From Octopus sinensis (lineage: Eukaryota): DNA of 64,000 nucleotides. The stretch covers positions 113,212,001-113,276,000 of the forward strand of contig NC_043003.1 in the NCBI RefSeq assembly GCF_006345805.1, written 5' to 3'. The translations under genes and the position numbers were made by a program. Shown one piece after another: positions 37,190-51,470 of this stretch. Position 1 is the first letter of the stretch, and every line of letters starts with the position of its first letter. The notes beneath the pieces are model-generated. The model was not told where the DNA came from, searched no databases, and was given only the letters and a program-made list of their open reading frames with translations.

Positions 37190-37610
37190 CCTATGGGGAT
37201 TATGATTCAGTGCGACCATGAGAGAGAGAATAGGAAGCTAGACAGTGGTAATTGAGAAAAAAAGCAAACGATCATAGATATAGCATGCCCAGCTGACAAC
37301 AAGTTATGTGATAAGGAAGAAAGAAAAGTCGATAAATATGACAGGTTAGCGTGGGAGATTAAGCAGTTGGGGTTGATGAGTAAGGTGGCAGTAGCTCCAA
37401 TAATTGTCGGATCCATGGGAACAGTGATCAAAAATCTTGAGAAGTACATGGAATAAATAGGAGCTCCAATAAGGGTGGAACACTTGGAGAAATCAGCACT
37501 GCTTGGAACCGCTCGAATACTCCGGATGGTGCTCGACAAATAATTGGTGTTACTTTAGTTCACTGTTAGTGAACAGCTGGCACCGTAGTACATCGCCAAC
37601 GTTAGAACCT
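37190..37610 (+). mobile_element. 3' end of a second R4/Dong-like family, same as 6300-6901
   Basis: Nucleotide homology to 6430-6840, including the 3'UTR GTTCACTG.TAGTGAACAGCTGGCAC. Confidence 0.85.
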
Positions 37611-37611
37611 T

Positions 37612-38850
37612 CTCCGCAATAGACCAGCCAATTGCTCATCTGCAATAGATAGAGATTCCCCCGGAACGTCGTGGCTGTTGCCCTCCACTAATTCCCTATA
37701 GTAGTCTATGACTGATTGAAAGCTGGGAGCACTTGGAGACACTTGGTGCTAACCGCCCTGTCTTCATATATGGAAGCAGCGGGGATCAAACTGTGACCAC
37801 TCCTGTTCACTGATAAGATATCGCTGGAGATGATGCATTCTCAGCGCTTGCTTGCGCATCGTTAACCACGGTATTCCCCAAACTGCCTCACAGCGGATGC
37901 TGACAACAAATAGACCTTCTGACAAAGCGGAACCTGTCCCTTCCAGCTTAATCAACCACGATGCAGGGCAAGGAACAACGGTCAGGCGGTAATATATGAT
38001 GGCGGCGAGCTGGCAGAAACGTTAGCGCGCCGGGCGAAATGCGTAGCCGTATTTCGTCTGCCGTTACGTTCTGAGTTCAAATTCCGCCGAGGTCGACTTT
38101 GCCTTTCATTCTTTCGGGGTCGATTAAATAAGTACAGTTACGCACTGGGGTCGATATGATCGACTTAATCCGTTTGTCTGTCCTTGTTCGTCCTCTCTGT
38201 TTAGCCCCTTGAGGGTAGCAAAGAAATAGGTAATATATGATGGATGCGTTGTACGCATTTTCCACCGCCACCCGACCCCTCAGGGACAGCTTTTTCTCAC
38301 CTTATTTCTGGGTTTGATTGGCCACCACCCTGCTTGTGATCTCTTCTCAGTTCTTGTCCACTTGGAGATCTGGAACCAACCAAACCCCGAACAATTTAAC
38401 ATTCCGTCAGGTGTCCAACGACACTGTCGTTCGGTATGGACCTGCCTCTCCAAGTGCCGAGCTGCATGTCCACTGACTTCTGGTTAATCTTTGCTCCTCT
38501 CACCGCTACATATTCCTTTACTGGAGTGCCTATCGCCCCGATATCCAAGACGTCCGACACTGCTTATGCTGACACGAAAACTCCGCATCCTAGTTTCCGC
38601 AGGATGCCTTTCGAAACATCCAGCTTCCGCAGTAATGACTCGAGAGCCAGCGCGTACGGAAGGGGCGTGAGTGGGCATCCTTGACGAACCGAACGCGAGA
38701 TGCTAAATGATTCCGAAAGGTGGCCATGAACTTTGACCATCTAGAAGATGTCGCTTTACATTGCAATGATCTCTGAAAACGGGAGCGAAACCAGGGAAGT
38801 GCAAGAGATGGTCTTAACTGGAACCTCACGCGTACTGAGAAGAGCATTGT
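37612..38850 (-). mobile_element. Tx1/L1-clade LINE ORF2 (RT) fragment, split by a SINE
   Basis: Minus strand VKVHGHLSESFSISRSVRQGCPLTPLPYALALESLLRKL..GAKINQK..LSLRGRVAVENAY and PWLTMRKQALRMHHLQRYL. Confidence 0.82.
38003..38228 (+). mobile_element. SINE family A, young copy
   Basis: 15-bp TSD GGTAATATATGATGG at 37988-38002 and 38229-38243. Confidence 0.92.
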
Positions 38851-38858
38851 AGCTCTCT

Positions 38859-39227
38859 CTCTTTTACTCTTTTACTTGTTTCAGTCATTTGACTGCGGCC
38901 ATGCTGGAGCACCGCCTTTAATCGAGCAACTCGACCCCGGGACCCATTCTTTTGCAAGCCCAGTACTTATTCTATCGGTCTCCTTCACCGAACCGCCAAG
39001 CAACGGGGACATAAACACACTAGCATCGGTTGTCAAGCAATGCTAGGAGGACAAACACACTCACACATACATATATACGACGGGTTTCTTTCAGTTTCCG
39101 TCTACCAAATCCACTCATAAGGCATTGGTCGGCCCGAGGCTATAGTAGAAGACACTTGCCCAAGGTGCCACGCAGTGAGACCTAACCCGGAACCATGTGG
39201 TTGGTAAACAAGCTACTTACCACACAG
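38859..39227 (-). mobile_element. SINE family C
   Basis: Homologous to the other family C copies; short internal microsatellite. Confidence 0.88.
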
Positions 39228-39449
39228 ATTTTCTTTTCCTTTTGCCCTTTATTTTCTTTGCTAACCTTTTTTTTTTCATTTTTTCGTTTTTCTCTTTCTT
39301 TCCCTTTTTTTCTATAACACAACTTTATAAATGAACAATCTGGTGTGTATATTCTAAAGGCTAACCAATGTATACATTGAGTTTCTCTGCTCTAGATGTC
39401 AGGAAGACACTCGGCAAGAAATGGAAATATAATTGAAAGAGGATGATAG

Positions 39450-39459
39450 TGATGATGAG

Positions 39460-39509
<50 letters not shown>

Positions 39510-39761
39510 ATTACATTAAATACAGAAAAGAGCATTATCAACCTTGTTGATATTATATTTATACAACACACATCATTATTTGTTTTATTACCAACATTAA
39601 TCATATATTTATATTTATATTTTACTGTTTTCATTCTTGTTATTGATATCATTTGTATTAATATTACTGCCGTTATCCTCCTCCTCCTCCTCCTCCTCGT
39701 TCTCACCATCATCATCATTATTATTATTATTGTTATTATTATTATCATCATCATCATCATA

Positions 39762-39803
<42 letters not shown>

Positions 39804-39831
39804 GTTATTATTATCATCATCATCATTATTA

Positions 39832-39869
<38 letters not shown>

Positions 39870-39897
39870 GTTATTATTATCATCATCATCATTATTA

Positions 39898-39932
<35 letters not shown>

Positions 39933-39960
39933 GTTATTATTATCATCATCATCATTATTA

Positions 39961-40001
<41 letters not shown>

Positions 40002-40044
40002 GTTATTATTATTATCATCATCATCATTATTATTGTTATTATTA

Positions 40045-40084
<40 letters not shown>

Positions 40085-40110
40085 TGTTGTTGTTGTTGTT
40101 GTTGTTTTTT
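39450..40110. repeat. (TAA)/(TTA)/(CAT) compound triplet repeat with a ~60-bp higher-order period
   Basis: TTGTTATTATTATCATCATCATCATT block recurs about five times between 39730 and 40030. Confidence 0.9.
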
Positions 40111-40421
40111 ATGTTGACTCATATGTTTTATGTGTCCCTATTCTTTTTATCTAGAAATTGCTTTTTATTGGAACACTTTTACTGTTTATGAGAAATTCGC
40201 TATAGAATTTCATCTTGTGAGATTTGCATCATTCAGAGCCGCGTAACCTGTCGACATTTTCAATTTAGCTGTCTACTTTCAAAATATTTATCTAACCATT
40301 CACTTATCTATCACACTATCTCTCTCTCTCTCTCTCTCTCTCTATCACATTCTGCCCTCACTTTCTCCCCCTCTCCCTTCATATACATATGCATACATGT
40401 ATGTATATATGTGTATGTATG

Positions 40422-40462
<41 letters not shown>

Positions 40463-41055
40463 TTATCTTTACACAGCTCATCAACAAACAATTTTTCTCA
40501 GAACCCACCATTACTGGATAACATACACACACAAACACGCGTGCACGCGCAGTTATATTTACACACGCACACAAACACACACACACACACACAAACTTCT
40601 ATGTATGTGTTTGCGAGTGTCCGTGTGTGCGTGTATCTGTTTGTGTGTGCGTGCGTGCGTGTGTGTTCTTGTGTGTTCCTGGTCTATTTACGTGTCTTCT
40701 ATATATAAATGTTATTACTTATATATTTATTTGTATTGATACTCTTCGATGTCTAGAATTGGAAATTTGTTCTTGTGATTCGAAAAGTATTTATTTTATC
40801 AATGCTGAAAAAAAAAGCTTAAAAATAATGCATACATACACACACACATACATTCAGCGACCAGCTTCAACTCTCTCAAGAGCTTAAGTATAACTCACAA
40901 AAAAGCCATACATATATACGTATATACATGCATGATTCATACGCACATATATCGATACATGAATACATGCATACAGTCATATACGTGCACATACATATAA
41001 TCATGTTCATATATTTATACATACACACATGAATATACATATACATACATACATG

Positions 41056-41108
<53 letters not shown>

Positions 41109-41111
41109 ATG

Positions 41112-41145
<34 letters not shown>

Positions 41146-41259
41146 CAGATATATATATATATATATATATAAAAACTGCGGCGTCTCAGTATTCATGTGT
41201 AATAAGAATTACTTACCACTCAGCAGTGTAAATATCAGGTATTTTATCAAATATTGATA

Positions 41260-41563
41260 GTGGAGGCACATGGCCTAGTGGCTAGAGCAGCGGACTCGCG
41301 GTCGAGGGATCGCGGGTTCGAATCTCAGGCCGGGCGATGTGTGTGTTTATGAGCGAAACACCTAAGCTCCACGCGGCTCCGGCAGAAGGTAATGGCGAAA
41401 CTTCTGCTGACTTTTTCGCCAGTACTTTCTCTCACTCTTTCCTCCTGCATCTTGCAGCTCACCTGCGACGGACTGGCGTCCCGTCCAGGTGGGGAACCTA
41501 TAAGCCAAGAAACCGGGAAACTGGCCCTTATGTGCCAGGCATGGCTTTTGAAGGAACAACAAG
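41260..41563 (+). mobile_element. SINE family B
   Basis: A and B boxes present; 8-bp TSD TATTGATA at 41252-41259 and 41564-41571. Confidence 0.9.
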
Positions 41564-42772
41564 TATTGATAACTATATTAGCTGGGGTTTTATTGTATCT
41601 ATTTCTTGGTGATGCTGAGAAACTCACGAACATATACACACCGGTTCACAAAGCCACGCATATATAAATACACACACACTAACACACATATGTATAAGTT
41701 AAAAGATGTCCCTAGGCAAAGGGGAGGTCATTCTGTTATAAACCAGATATGCAGGGAATTGCGCTGAACATGTGGGTATATTTAGCTTGCAATTGATGTG
41801 ATGACGATCCTACAATCCTGGGCCCTGGTTATCTTGCTTTGGCCTTTCTCTGGATCATGTGAGTAGCGTGGATAGCGTTTATGAGATGCAGTGTATAATC
41901 GCCGGCGAGGTAACTATCTGATGCCCAGTCGTGTAGGAGGGAACCGTAGCAAGCATAAAAGCTGGTGCAATAAACTTGTGCATGAGCTCTGCTAGAATTT
42001 TTCTTGGGCAATGGTCAGATATGCTTTTCATCACTCTAGGCGCAGGCGTTGCCGTGTGGTAAGAAGTTTGCTTCCACTGCGCATGTGCGAGTAAGTGTGG
42101 TGTTCGGCACCAAACCGGTGAGACATGCTTTTGAAGCCGTCTCGAATTGAAAAATTTTGAAGCTCCATTGTAAAGTAAGATTGTTTTTTGGGGCCCAGTG
42201 GGAATTTTTGTTGAAATTTTTTTTGTACAGGCAGGAAGTCCTACTGATTCAGAATTCTGGTCTACTCGCATGGAGCGAATATATTTTCTTGCTTAATTGT
42301 GAGAATTTTTGTTTGGGGGCGTATTCGTCTTCCTAGTTAGTGGTTTATGTTAAGTGAATATTTTTCTCACTTAATTATGAGAATTGTTGCTTAGAGGTGT
42401 ATTGTGTCTACTAAAAGTTTGTTCATGTTTTGAAGAAATTTAAAATAATTGTGAGAACTGCTGTTTGCGGGAGTGTCTTTGCCTCCGAAGATTAAACAAT
42501 TTGTATACCTTTTTTGTGGAAGTTGTGTTCCAGTTGTGGCGTTCCGGGTTCAACATAAGCCGGGAGTACCGAATGGCCGGAAGATGTTTTTTGCTGTGTT
42601 TCTGAACTATTGACTTTCTTTCTTCTAAACTTTATTTGACTTTCTCTTTTTTGTGAATTGTTTCCTTTTCTCCTTTCCATTTTATTGTGACTTTCTTTTG
42701 ATTTCTTTTTTCTTCTCTCTTTTTAAGTTTTATTTTGAGCATAATTTCGAATTGTTTAAAAAAAAAGGAACC

Positions 42773-44030
42773 ATGGCAACGAAAAAAGACAAAGTTTTGG
42801 AGTGGGAGATTGTACCGCCCAAAAAGTGGTTGAAAGACCGTGAAGATAGGACGGTGGTATTGAAAACCTACTCCAAGTCACTCGACACCATCGCCCTATT
42901 CGAAAAGACGGTATTTCAAAGGGAGTTGGCGGAGTATTTGCCAACAATTAAATTCTTTTCCAGGGGTATCAAATACGCAACGGTGTGATTGTTATTTAAT
43001 ACCCCTGAAGAGGCTCACAAATTTGCGAGTTAGCCCTTGGAGGGTGAGGAAATTTTGTTTCTTCGCACGTATTGTGGGAGTAGGTTGACGAAAGCTTGCG
43101 TCTGCGGGTTGCCACCCGGGATAAAACCCGAGTGGATAGAGCAGACTATCCCCCGGGGTCTGGGTGGCAGAGGAACCAAGCTTCTTACTGTGAAAGTTTT
43201 TCCTGTGGCTGATTGGGTTGGGTCAAAAGCTGTTTTGACCCTTTGGACCCAATCAGCCAATCTGGAAAAACCAGAGTTTTTGAAAATGGCCGGATGTGGG
43301 TACCCGGTGATTCTTGAGGCTCACCCCTCCCCAAAGATGTTATCGGTGCCTGGAGTCTGGTCATATAAAGAAAAACTGTCTCCAGGAACAAAATAAGGTC
43401 CTGGAGCAGTTGAGTGAGACATCTGTAGAAGAGGAAATGAAGGCGGCCGAGGAGGCGGTGGACTCCCCAAACAGGGGCCGCAAGAGGATGAAGGTAAGCA
43501 ACAATGAGTGCTCACCGAAGGATCCTAGGGATGAGGATGGGGAGGCAAATCTCCCGATCACGGAGGAGACGCACCGTCTCTCAGTTGGAAAGAAAAAAAG
43601 AGGAAGAGGAAGAGAAACGGGACATAGCCGGCAGTCGGTGACATAGTACTGGAATGTCCCGGAACTACGTCGGTTGGGATTGTGCCACCGGCAGGAGAAG
43701 AGACAATGGATATCCCGCCCCCGGAGGAAGACGAATTATTGATCTTCTTCTATAGAAGCGGAGAGGTTGAAAAGGTGGTGGAAAAGCACCATAAGGGAGC
43801 ACCTTGAGCCTCCACACAGGATCCCGAATGGCCTCCGCAGATAGCTGTGGAGGTCCTAACGTTTGACGTGACGTTTAGGCTGAAGGGGCTCAATGAGAAA
43901 AATCGCTTGTACCCGGGCGACGCCGACACGGAACCCGTTTTGATCTTCAATGAGGCGTAGAGGATGGTGGAGGATGCGGGCACAAGCGATGTTGAGGGTG
44001 AGTTATAAATTGTGGCACTGTGTGACACAA
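42773..44030 (+). pseudogene. Decayed gag-like ORF1 (CCHC zinc knuckle) of a Tx1/L1-type LINE, no ORF2 attached
   Basis: ATG at 42773; frames broken by stops and frameshifts; CYRCLESGHIKKNC (CX2CX4HX4C) at 43338-43379 followed by a charged low-complexity tail. Confidence 0.7.
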
Positions 44031-44099
44031 ACATTTGATAATAGGCACTTCGCCTTCTTCCTTCTGAACTCCCGGATTCATTGTCTTATGGATATTTGA

Positions 44100-44141
<42 letters not shown>

Positions 44142-45354
44142 ACTTCTGGGATGTCTTTGTAGTGACTTGATATACTCTTTAAAATTTATTCTCTTAACAT
44201 CAACATTTTCAAATATTTTTGCATATCTTTTGTATACTTTCCGCTTTTGATCTATTTTATATTTTTGCTAAATCAAATTAATTGCATCATTTAAATAATT
44301 CTTTCATAGGGAAGTATGATTTCATGTGGAAAACCTAGTTTGAATATTCGGTAGCTATTTTAAATCCTGGATTGATGATGGAGACAATGTCGGTGAAGAA
44401 GAAAACAGTCTCATGTTGATGAGATTCGTGGTGATGGTGGTGGTGGTTGTGGTGATGGTGGTGGTGGTTGTGGTGATGGTGGTGGTGGTCGTCGTCATCT
44501 CGTTGTAATATCAACACATTCGACAGACTACGTCGATGACGACGGTATAAAACTAAAAACCCTCCAGTCAAGAACAGAGAATGTAATCTCGTTGGCTAGC
44601 GCTCACTCACTCTCTCTCTCTCTCTCACTTATCCTATATTTAATCTAGACAAGTTAATAATTACAGCAACTAGCTCGCTGGCTAAGTTGATCGCCATGTT
44701 TCGCGGAGTGAGCAACCATTTTGAAATGGCGTAGAGAAGCTCGATCATCCTGCCTCAAGCGCTAATCTCTGGATTTCTAGTCAACCACAGCCTGCATTAA
44801 TGCATGTATTAGATTTTCCAGTCCCAGTTGAATGGAACAACGGCAAAACAATAACTGGCAACAAACAAACACGAAATTGGTTAATTCTGTTGATAACAAA
44901 GAAAACGGCAATGAAATCGGCGATGGGAACAATACTACTAACTTTATCAATGTTGTTTTACAAATGTCGGAGTTGTGTGTGTATGTGTGTGTGGGGGTAT
45001 ACACAACAGAAAATATATGTGTGTATATTCGCGTGTGTATGCCTGTGTGGGTGTGTGATGTGTGTCTTTCTAGGTGGGTGCTATGTTTGTATTTATTTGT
45101 ATAGATGAGTAAACTTAGGGGCACGCAAATACATTTGTATGCCTGTACGTGCATTCGTGTGCGTGCGGGTATCCATATGTGTGTACATGTGTGAGCGTGT
45201 TTGAACGTGTACGCGTGTGAGTGTGTTTGTGTATAGGTGTGTCTTTGGGTATATATATATATGTGTGTGTGTAGGTACACAAACGGGAAACGTAATTACA
45301 ATACGTGCTCCATTTCTCTGTTTCTTGCCGAATGATGACTGACTAAAATATATA

Positions 45355-46285
45355 TTAGGTTGGCAACTAAGTTTCCGCCTTTTTTAAAATTTGAATTTTT
45401 AAAAAGATTTATTAAAAAATAACAACTAATTAATCAATAATGTATTCACACTTGTTGTTTACAACTTCTACCCAAATTTCAACTAGATTTTCAATCCCTC
45501 GTTGGTAGAAATCATCCGATTTCGACTCGAAAAATTGATCCAACCAGGCTCTCAATTCTGCATCAGTATTGAACGAAACTCCGCGTATAGCATTTGAAAG
45601 AGATCGAAAGAGGTGGAAATCCGTTGGTGCCAAATGAGGAGAGTACGGCGGTTGTAGCAGCAGTTCCCAGCCATGCGTTTGAATGGCTTCTTTGGTCATA
45701 TTGGGGATATGAAGGCGGGCGTTGTTGTGCAGCAGAACTCCTTGCTGGCGATTAGGTCTTTTCTCTTGAATAGCCGTCTTTAGTCGTTCCATCTGTTGAA
45801 CCGTTCTGCGTTGACCGTTTGGTTCCGTTCAAGCAATTCGTAATGGAAAAACCCTTCCCAGTCCCATCACACGCACCACGTCGTTTTACGAGGACGAGGA
45901 TCTTGTTTCACGCGTGGTTTCGCTTGTTTACCGGGGCTAAGCCATTCCTTATGCTACTTCATATTGATGTACAGGCACCATTTTTCGTCTCCTGTAACGA
46001 TTCGGTAAAGAAATCGTTGCTTGTGTCTATGAGTTGAGCGGTGACGAGCAAGCAAACCAGCGGAGATTGTGGCTCGTTGATTTTTGTTGTTGTCACATAA
46101 AGCATGTGGAGCCATGCCTCATACTTCTGAACTTTTTCCATCGAGTTGTGTCACGCTGAATATTCCTGAGAACTACCTTAAGAGTACACGGGTCTGTGGA
46201 GTACTCAGCCACTTGCACGTTAATTTCACGTTGAGCGTAACAGCTGAGACCCTCGTCGTCGTAGCCGACGAAGTACTCCTCAGAT
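45355..46285 (-). mobile_element. mariner transposon remnant
   Basis: TA plus TIR TTAGGTTGGCAAC at 45355; minus-strand WLPHAL, IVTGDEKW, HNNARLH and QPPYSPHLAPTDFHLF motifs; ORF 45430-45792. Confidence 0.93.
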
Positions 46286-46334
46286 ATATTTATATATATA
46301 TACATATATACATACACACACACACAATCACAAG

Positions 46335-46392
<58 letters not shown>

Positions 46393-46991
46393 AAATAAGC
46401 AACAAGGTAGTGTAGTACAATCGTTTCATGCTACTTCATTTTATTAAACAATGTAAATATTACATCAGTTTTAAAATGTAAAGCAATCTTCAGCCACATA
46501 TAGAATTTTTTTAATTAAATGGACAATGTACATTTTTGTACTTATTTCATTTGCCAACATTACAAAGAGGGTAGATATAGAGACAGAGAGGTTAATTTTA
46601 TCAATAAGCTATAATCACCCCATTTGATTTATATGGATAATACCATACCAAATTCTGGTGCCTTTAACTTAAGTACCATATCCATCCGAATCAAATTTTG
46701 CTGTCTGCACTGTAATCGCTCTAGGAATACAGACTATGATTATAAGAAACATGTAACTTGTGGAAACGCGCGTACCGATGCATTACGATATCTATAAATT
46801 CCATCCAAGGATGATGATTATTATTTTTATTACTATGTTTATCCTACATTATATCGGCACAGCTCGGTGCAACCCTCAAAAACTGGTGCTGCCAGTTGGT
46901 ATCATTAGGCTGTTGCCGGCATAATAGAATAGGAGATTTTTATTTGCATATTCAACACGTTTCCCATAAACGAACTCAAAGGATATGTGTG

Positions 46992-47408
46992 GGATCTTTT
47001 TGGTTTGAACGGCAGTTTTTAACATAATTTCTAGGTAACTAAAAAAATTTTAACTTCGTATACTGGTAGAATGTGTTTATAAAACATATTTTTCTCTCGG
47101 CTTTATTGAGAAAATTCTATATTTTGTAAGATATTTGTTGTTTTTTTCTTCAATTTCTTCAATTTCAACCAATCACTGACGTCTGTTGAGGTAAAAAACA
47201 TTCTGTGCCGTATGAATATGTCCCTCGTTTAAGAAACAGATTGGGTTTATTTACATTTGTGAAGAAAAAAAGATACCCTTCACCCCACTCCTAACCCTAA
47301 CCCTAAGAGAGATTGAAATGCAATAGATCGATACTAGGGTCATAATTATGAGTGAGAATTTCATATGACACTGCTAGAAAAAAACTGCCGTTCAAACCGA
47401 AAAGATCC
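46992..47408 (+). mobile_element. GGATC-TIR MITE, copy 3
   Basis: Both TIRs present; internal CCTAACCCTAACCCTAA; TSD not evident. Confidence 0.9.
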
Positions 47409-48459
47409 CTAACTGAAATGATTTCTAAACTCTGAGTATCTTTATATGAATTGTCATATATATATATATATAGCTGTCTTCTCAGTATTGCAAAAGTGAG
47501 GGATTTATGTCCTGCCGCATAAAATGCCAGCTTATCGCAAGTACTCATATAATCTGATAATTATACCCAATAGAGATGCTACCTAAATAGGTAGAGTCAA
47601 GAGGATTGCTTAAATACCCGACAAAACACTTTCAATGCATTTGTACTAGGGACGTTGAGGGGATAAACGCAGTACTTCTCTTTGGTGGTGGTCTTGATTC
47701 TGTGTTGAGAGATGTTTGAAGACATATCTTCATGCTAAAATTGTTATGAAAGTTGTCTTTATTACAGTTATATTTGCAGCCAGGACCGAATTTATTACGC
47801 ATGTATGTCATAATATTTAATGGAAGCGAATATTGGAAATATATGTTATCTGCTTTTTCCGTTTTCCCAAATGGCGTTAAATCGATGCCAGCAGGAAGAG
47901 ATAACTGAATCGGGGAATGGATATGATTGTTGTTTACATCTAAAGAATTATCCACAGATGATTCATAAATATTCTGAAACGATAAACAAATTAATGCATA
48001 AAAATAATAAATATCAAAAGAGGAAACAAAGAATTCGGTTGGAAGTTCATGCTAACCTTACTTAGTCACTCCTAGTATAGACATTGCTGGCTTTGAAGGT
48101 GTCACTTCAGTACAAGGTTCTGCTACTATCCAGCAACATTGACCCCTTAAATTCCAACTTCAAATGCTGTCCATTTCATAGATGAAACTGCCGAGAAATG
48201 ACTCCCTTGGGACAATGAGAGAACTAATAGAAGAATGAAATTATAAATTGGGCAGCGAATACAAGATCGAGAGATGTCACTCCCGAAAACCAGATCCCTC
48301 TCTTACAGACCAACCCAGATCCAATTGAACTCCAACCCAACTACATTTACAATTATCCCCTCAACGGCACGCTATTTCTCCAGGCTTTACATCACCTTTC
48401 CCATCTTTCTCTCTTTCTCTCAACTCCTTTTTCAATTTCTCGCATATAACTGGCGAACT

Positions 48460-48660
48460 CACCGCCACCACCACCACCACCACCGCCACCACCACCGCCA
48501 CCGCCACCGAACCCACCACCGCCACCACCACCACCACCGCCACCGCCACCGCCACCACCACCGCCACCGCCACCGCCACCACCACCGCCGCCACCACCGC
48601 CACCACCACCACCGCCACCGCCACCGCCACCACCACCGCCGCCACCACCGCCACCACCAC
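48460..48660. repeat. (CAC/CGC)n triplet repeat
   Basis: Direct repeat. Confidence 0.95.
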
Positions 48661-49239
48661 TACATGCGGCACCGTTCCACTTACATTCGACTAAACTACA
48701 ACATTCCCAACCACATCCAATAGCAAATATTCATTTTTCTCTCAATCCTACGCTCTGCATCACAACATCCCACTCCATCTGCACTCCATTTACACTCCAT
48801 TCACACTCCTCTTGCACGCCATTTGTAGATTTCATCGACATTCCGCAATTTAATCTATTGCTAAGCCACACCACACCGCGCTCTGCCGCTGCATTGAAGG
48901 GTAAATAAGTGAAAGAAAAAAAATCTGGGAAAAAAATGGAATTTTTGTTATCCCAAAAGTATTCTATCGGCATTTGTATTCATACATAGACAAATGCTTT
49001 CACAATGCGCGCACATACACGCATACACACACTCACACACATACACATATACACATATGCGTATGCTAGTACTCTCACATACACATACGCACTCACCTAC
49101 ATGCGCAAACGTATGTTCGTATACTTTTTTTTACATACGTATATATTTGTGTGCACATTTTCTGTGCACATTTTCTGTGCACATTTATATTGATTATAGT
49201 TATCTAGGCACACACACGTACACACACATACATACACAG

Positions 49240-49251
49240 ACATACACGCGC

Positions 49252-49295
<44 letters not shown>

Positions 49296-49591
49296 TCATA
49301 TTATAACACATACACACACAAATTAGTATGAATTTTCAAGATCTGTAATGCAAACTTATACATACATGTATATGAAAAAATTCGCTAACACTGGCGAACC
49401 TAAAACTTGTCAATACTTTGGTACCCATCCTTCCATAGACAAGACTGATTTGGATGTCCGTAGATAAAGAAACAAGAAAAAAACACAAAAAACATGCAAA
49501 CCCAACAACATAATGTGCAATAATAAAACATATATATATATATAATATATATATATGTGTGTGTGTGTTATATATATATATATATACACAC

Positions 49592-49644
<53 letters not shown>

Positions 49645-49740
49645 ATATATGTATGTATGTATGTATGTATATACATATAAATATACCTATATGTATGTAT
49701 ATATATATATGTATGTATGTATGTATATATATATATATAA

Positions 49741-49771
<31 letters not shown>

Positions 49772-50297
49772 TTATATATATATATATATAAATATATATA
49801 TATATGTATATATATATAAATATATATATATATATGTATATATATATAAATATATATATATATAATATATATATATATTAAATATATATATGTATATATA
49901 TATAAATATATATATATGTGTATGTATATATATGTATGTATATATTATAAATATATATATATGCATGTATATATATATGTATGTATATATGTATGTATAT
50001 ATATGTTTATATATATTTATATGCATGTATATATATATTTATATGTATATATATATATTTATATATGTATCTATATATATATGTAAGTATATATATATAT
50101 GTATGTATATGTATATATGTAAGTATATATATATATATGTATGTATATGTATATATATGTATGTATATATATATATATGTATGTATATAAATACACATAT
50201 GTGTATGTATATATATGTATGTATGTATATATATATATATGTATGTATGTATATATATATAAATGTATGTATATATATGTATGTAAGTATATATATG

Positions 50298-50329
<32 letters not shown>

Positions 50330-50461
50330 AGTATATATATGTATATATATATATATATATATATGCGTGAGTGAATGTGTGAGTGTGTTTCTGCATGTCC
50401 TTGTATTTGCCTTTCGCTGCTTGATTACCATTAAACACGAATATATCTATATATGCATATA

Positions 50462-50497
<36 letters not shown>

Positions 50498-50510
50498 TGT
50501 ATGTATGTAT
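49240..50510. repeat. Large (TA)/(TATG) microsatellite field
   Basis: Direct repeats with short unique inserts. Confidence 0.92.
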
Positions 50511-51345
50511 GTATGCCTACTTACAGTGACTGAGAAAGCCGTAAGGTTGCAAGTTTGAAGTCAAGGCCACAGTTTCAAACTTTTAACTTTTTTTCTTCAA
50601 TATTTCGACCACCCATATTGAATGAAGTAAAGCGGAATGTCATTCTCACATGCATAGACAGGTTCTGTTGGTGATTGTTGCAACATACCTCGATTGGTGG
50701 TATTATATTAACCAATTTGTGTCTGGCCACCCCACTGGTTGAAGCTGGATTTTTACTTTAAAGAGGTTGACGGCTTCTTTGGTTTTCTGATTCTTCAAAT
50801 TCCATTCTGTTCCTTTGACGATGGCTGTGATGCCTTGGTTATAGCATTCTCTGGATGTTATTTTAACCGACTTGTTCTTTAAAATGATGTTGAGCGGTCT
50901 AGGTATCAGACAACAAATGGTCGGCGATATTTGTTCGGACCGATTCTGGCACACAGCGGTTGTTCGCTAATCTATGCTGAGTGAACACAGACTCTTTGGT
51001 GCTGCCATTATTGATATCAAATATATGGAGAAGGGATTACATAGAAGCGGCAACGTTTGAGTCATTCGACAAACTTCAGATATGAATGCACAAGAAAAAA
51101 ACGATTACTGAAAGAAGATACGAATACATACACAAGTCCAAACACACGCAGACACACACACAAGACCAAATACACACACACAAACAGATTCACACAGATA
51201 CAGGGAGAAGCGTACACTCTTAGAAATAAATTAATCAAAGACATACAGTATTACATGGTAACTTACATGTTTTAAGTTCGAATCTTCAGTTAATATTTTC
51301 CAGGAATCCGTTTATCTGTAAGATTCAAATGTCTACGACACGGTG

Positions 51346-51415
<70 letters not shown>

Positions 51416-51470
51416 AACACACACACACATATATATATATGTAAATATAATATGTGACAATTATTCGGTA

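Noticed and set aside
46725-46790. GAAA-CGCGCG-TA with upstream CTATGA (possible decayed hammerhead)
   Set aside because: The core lacks a base and no stem I can be formed; at most a relic
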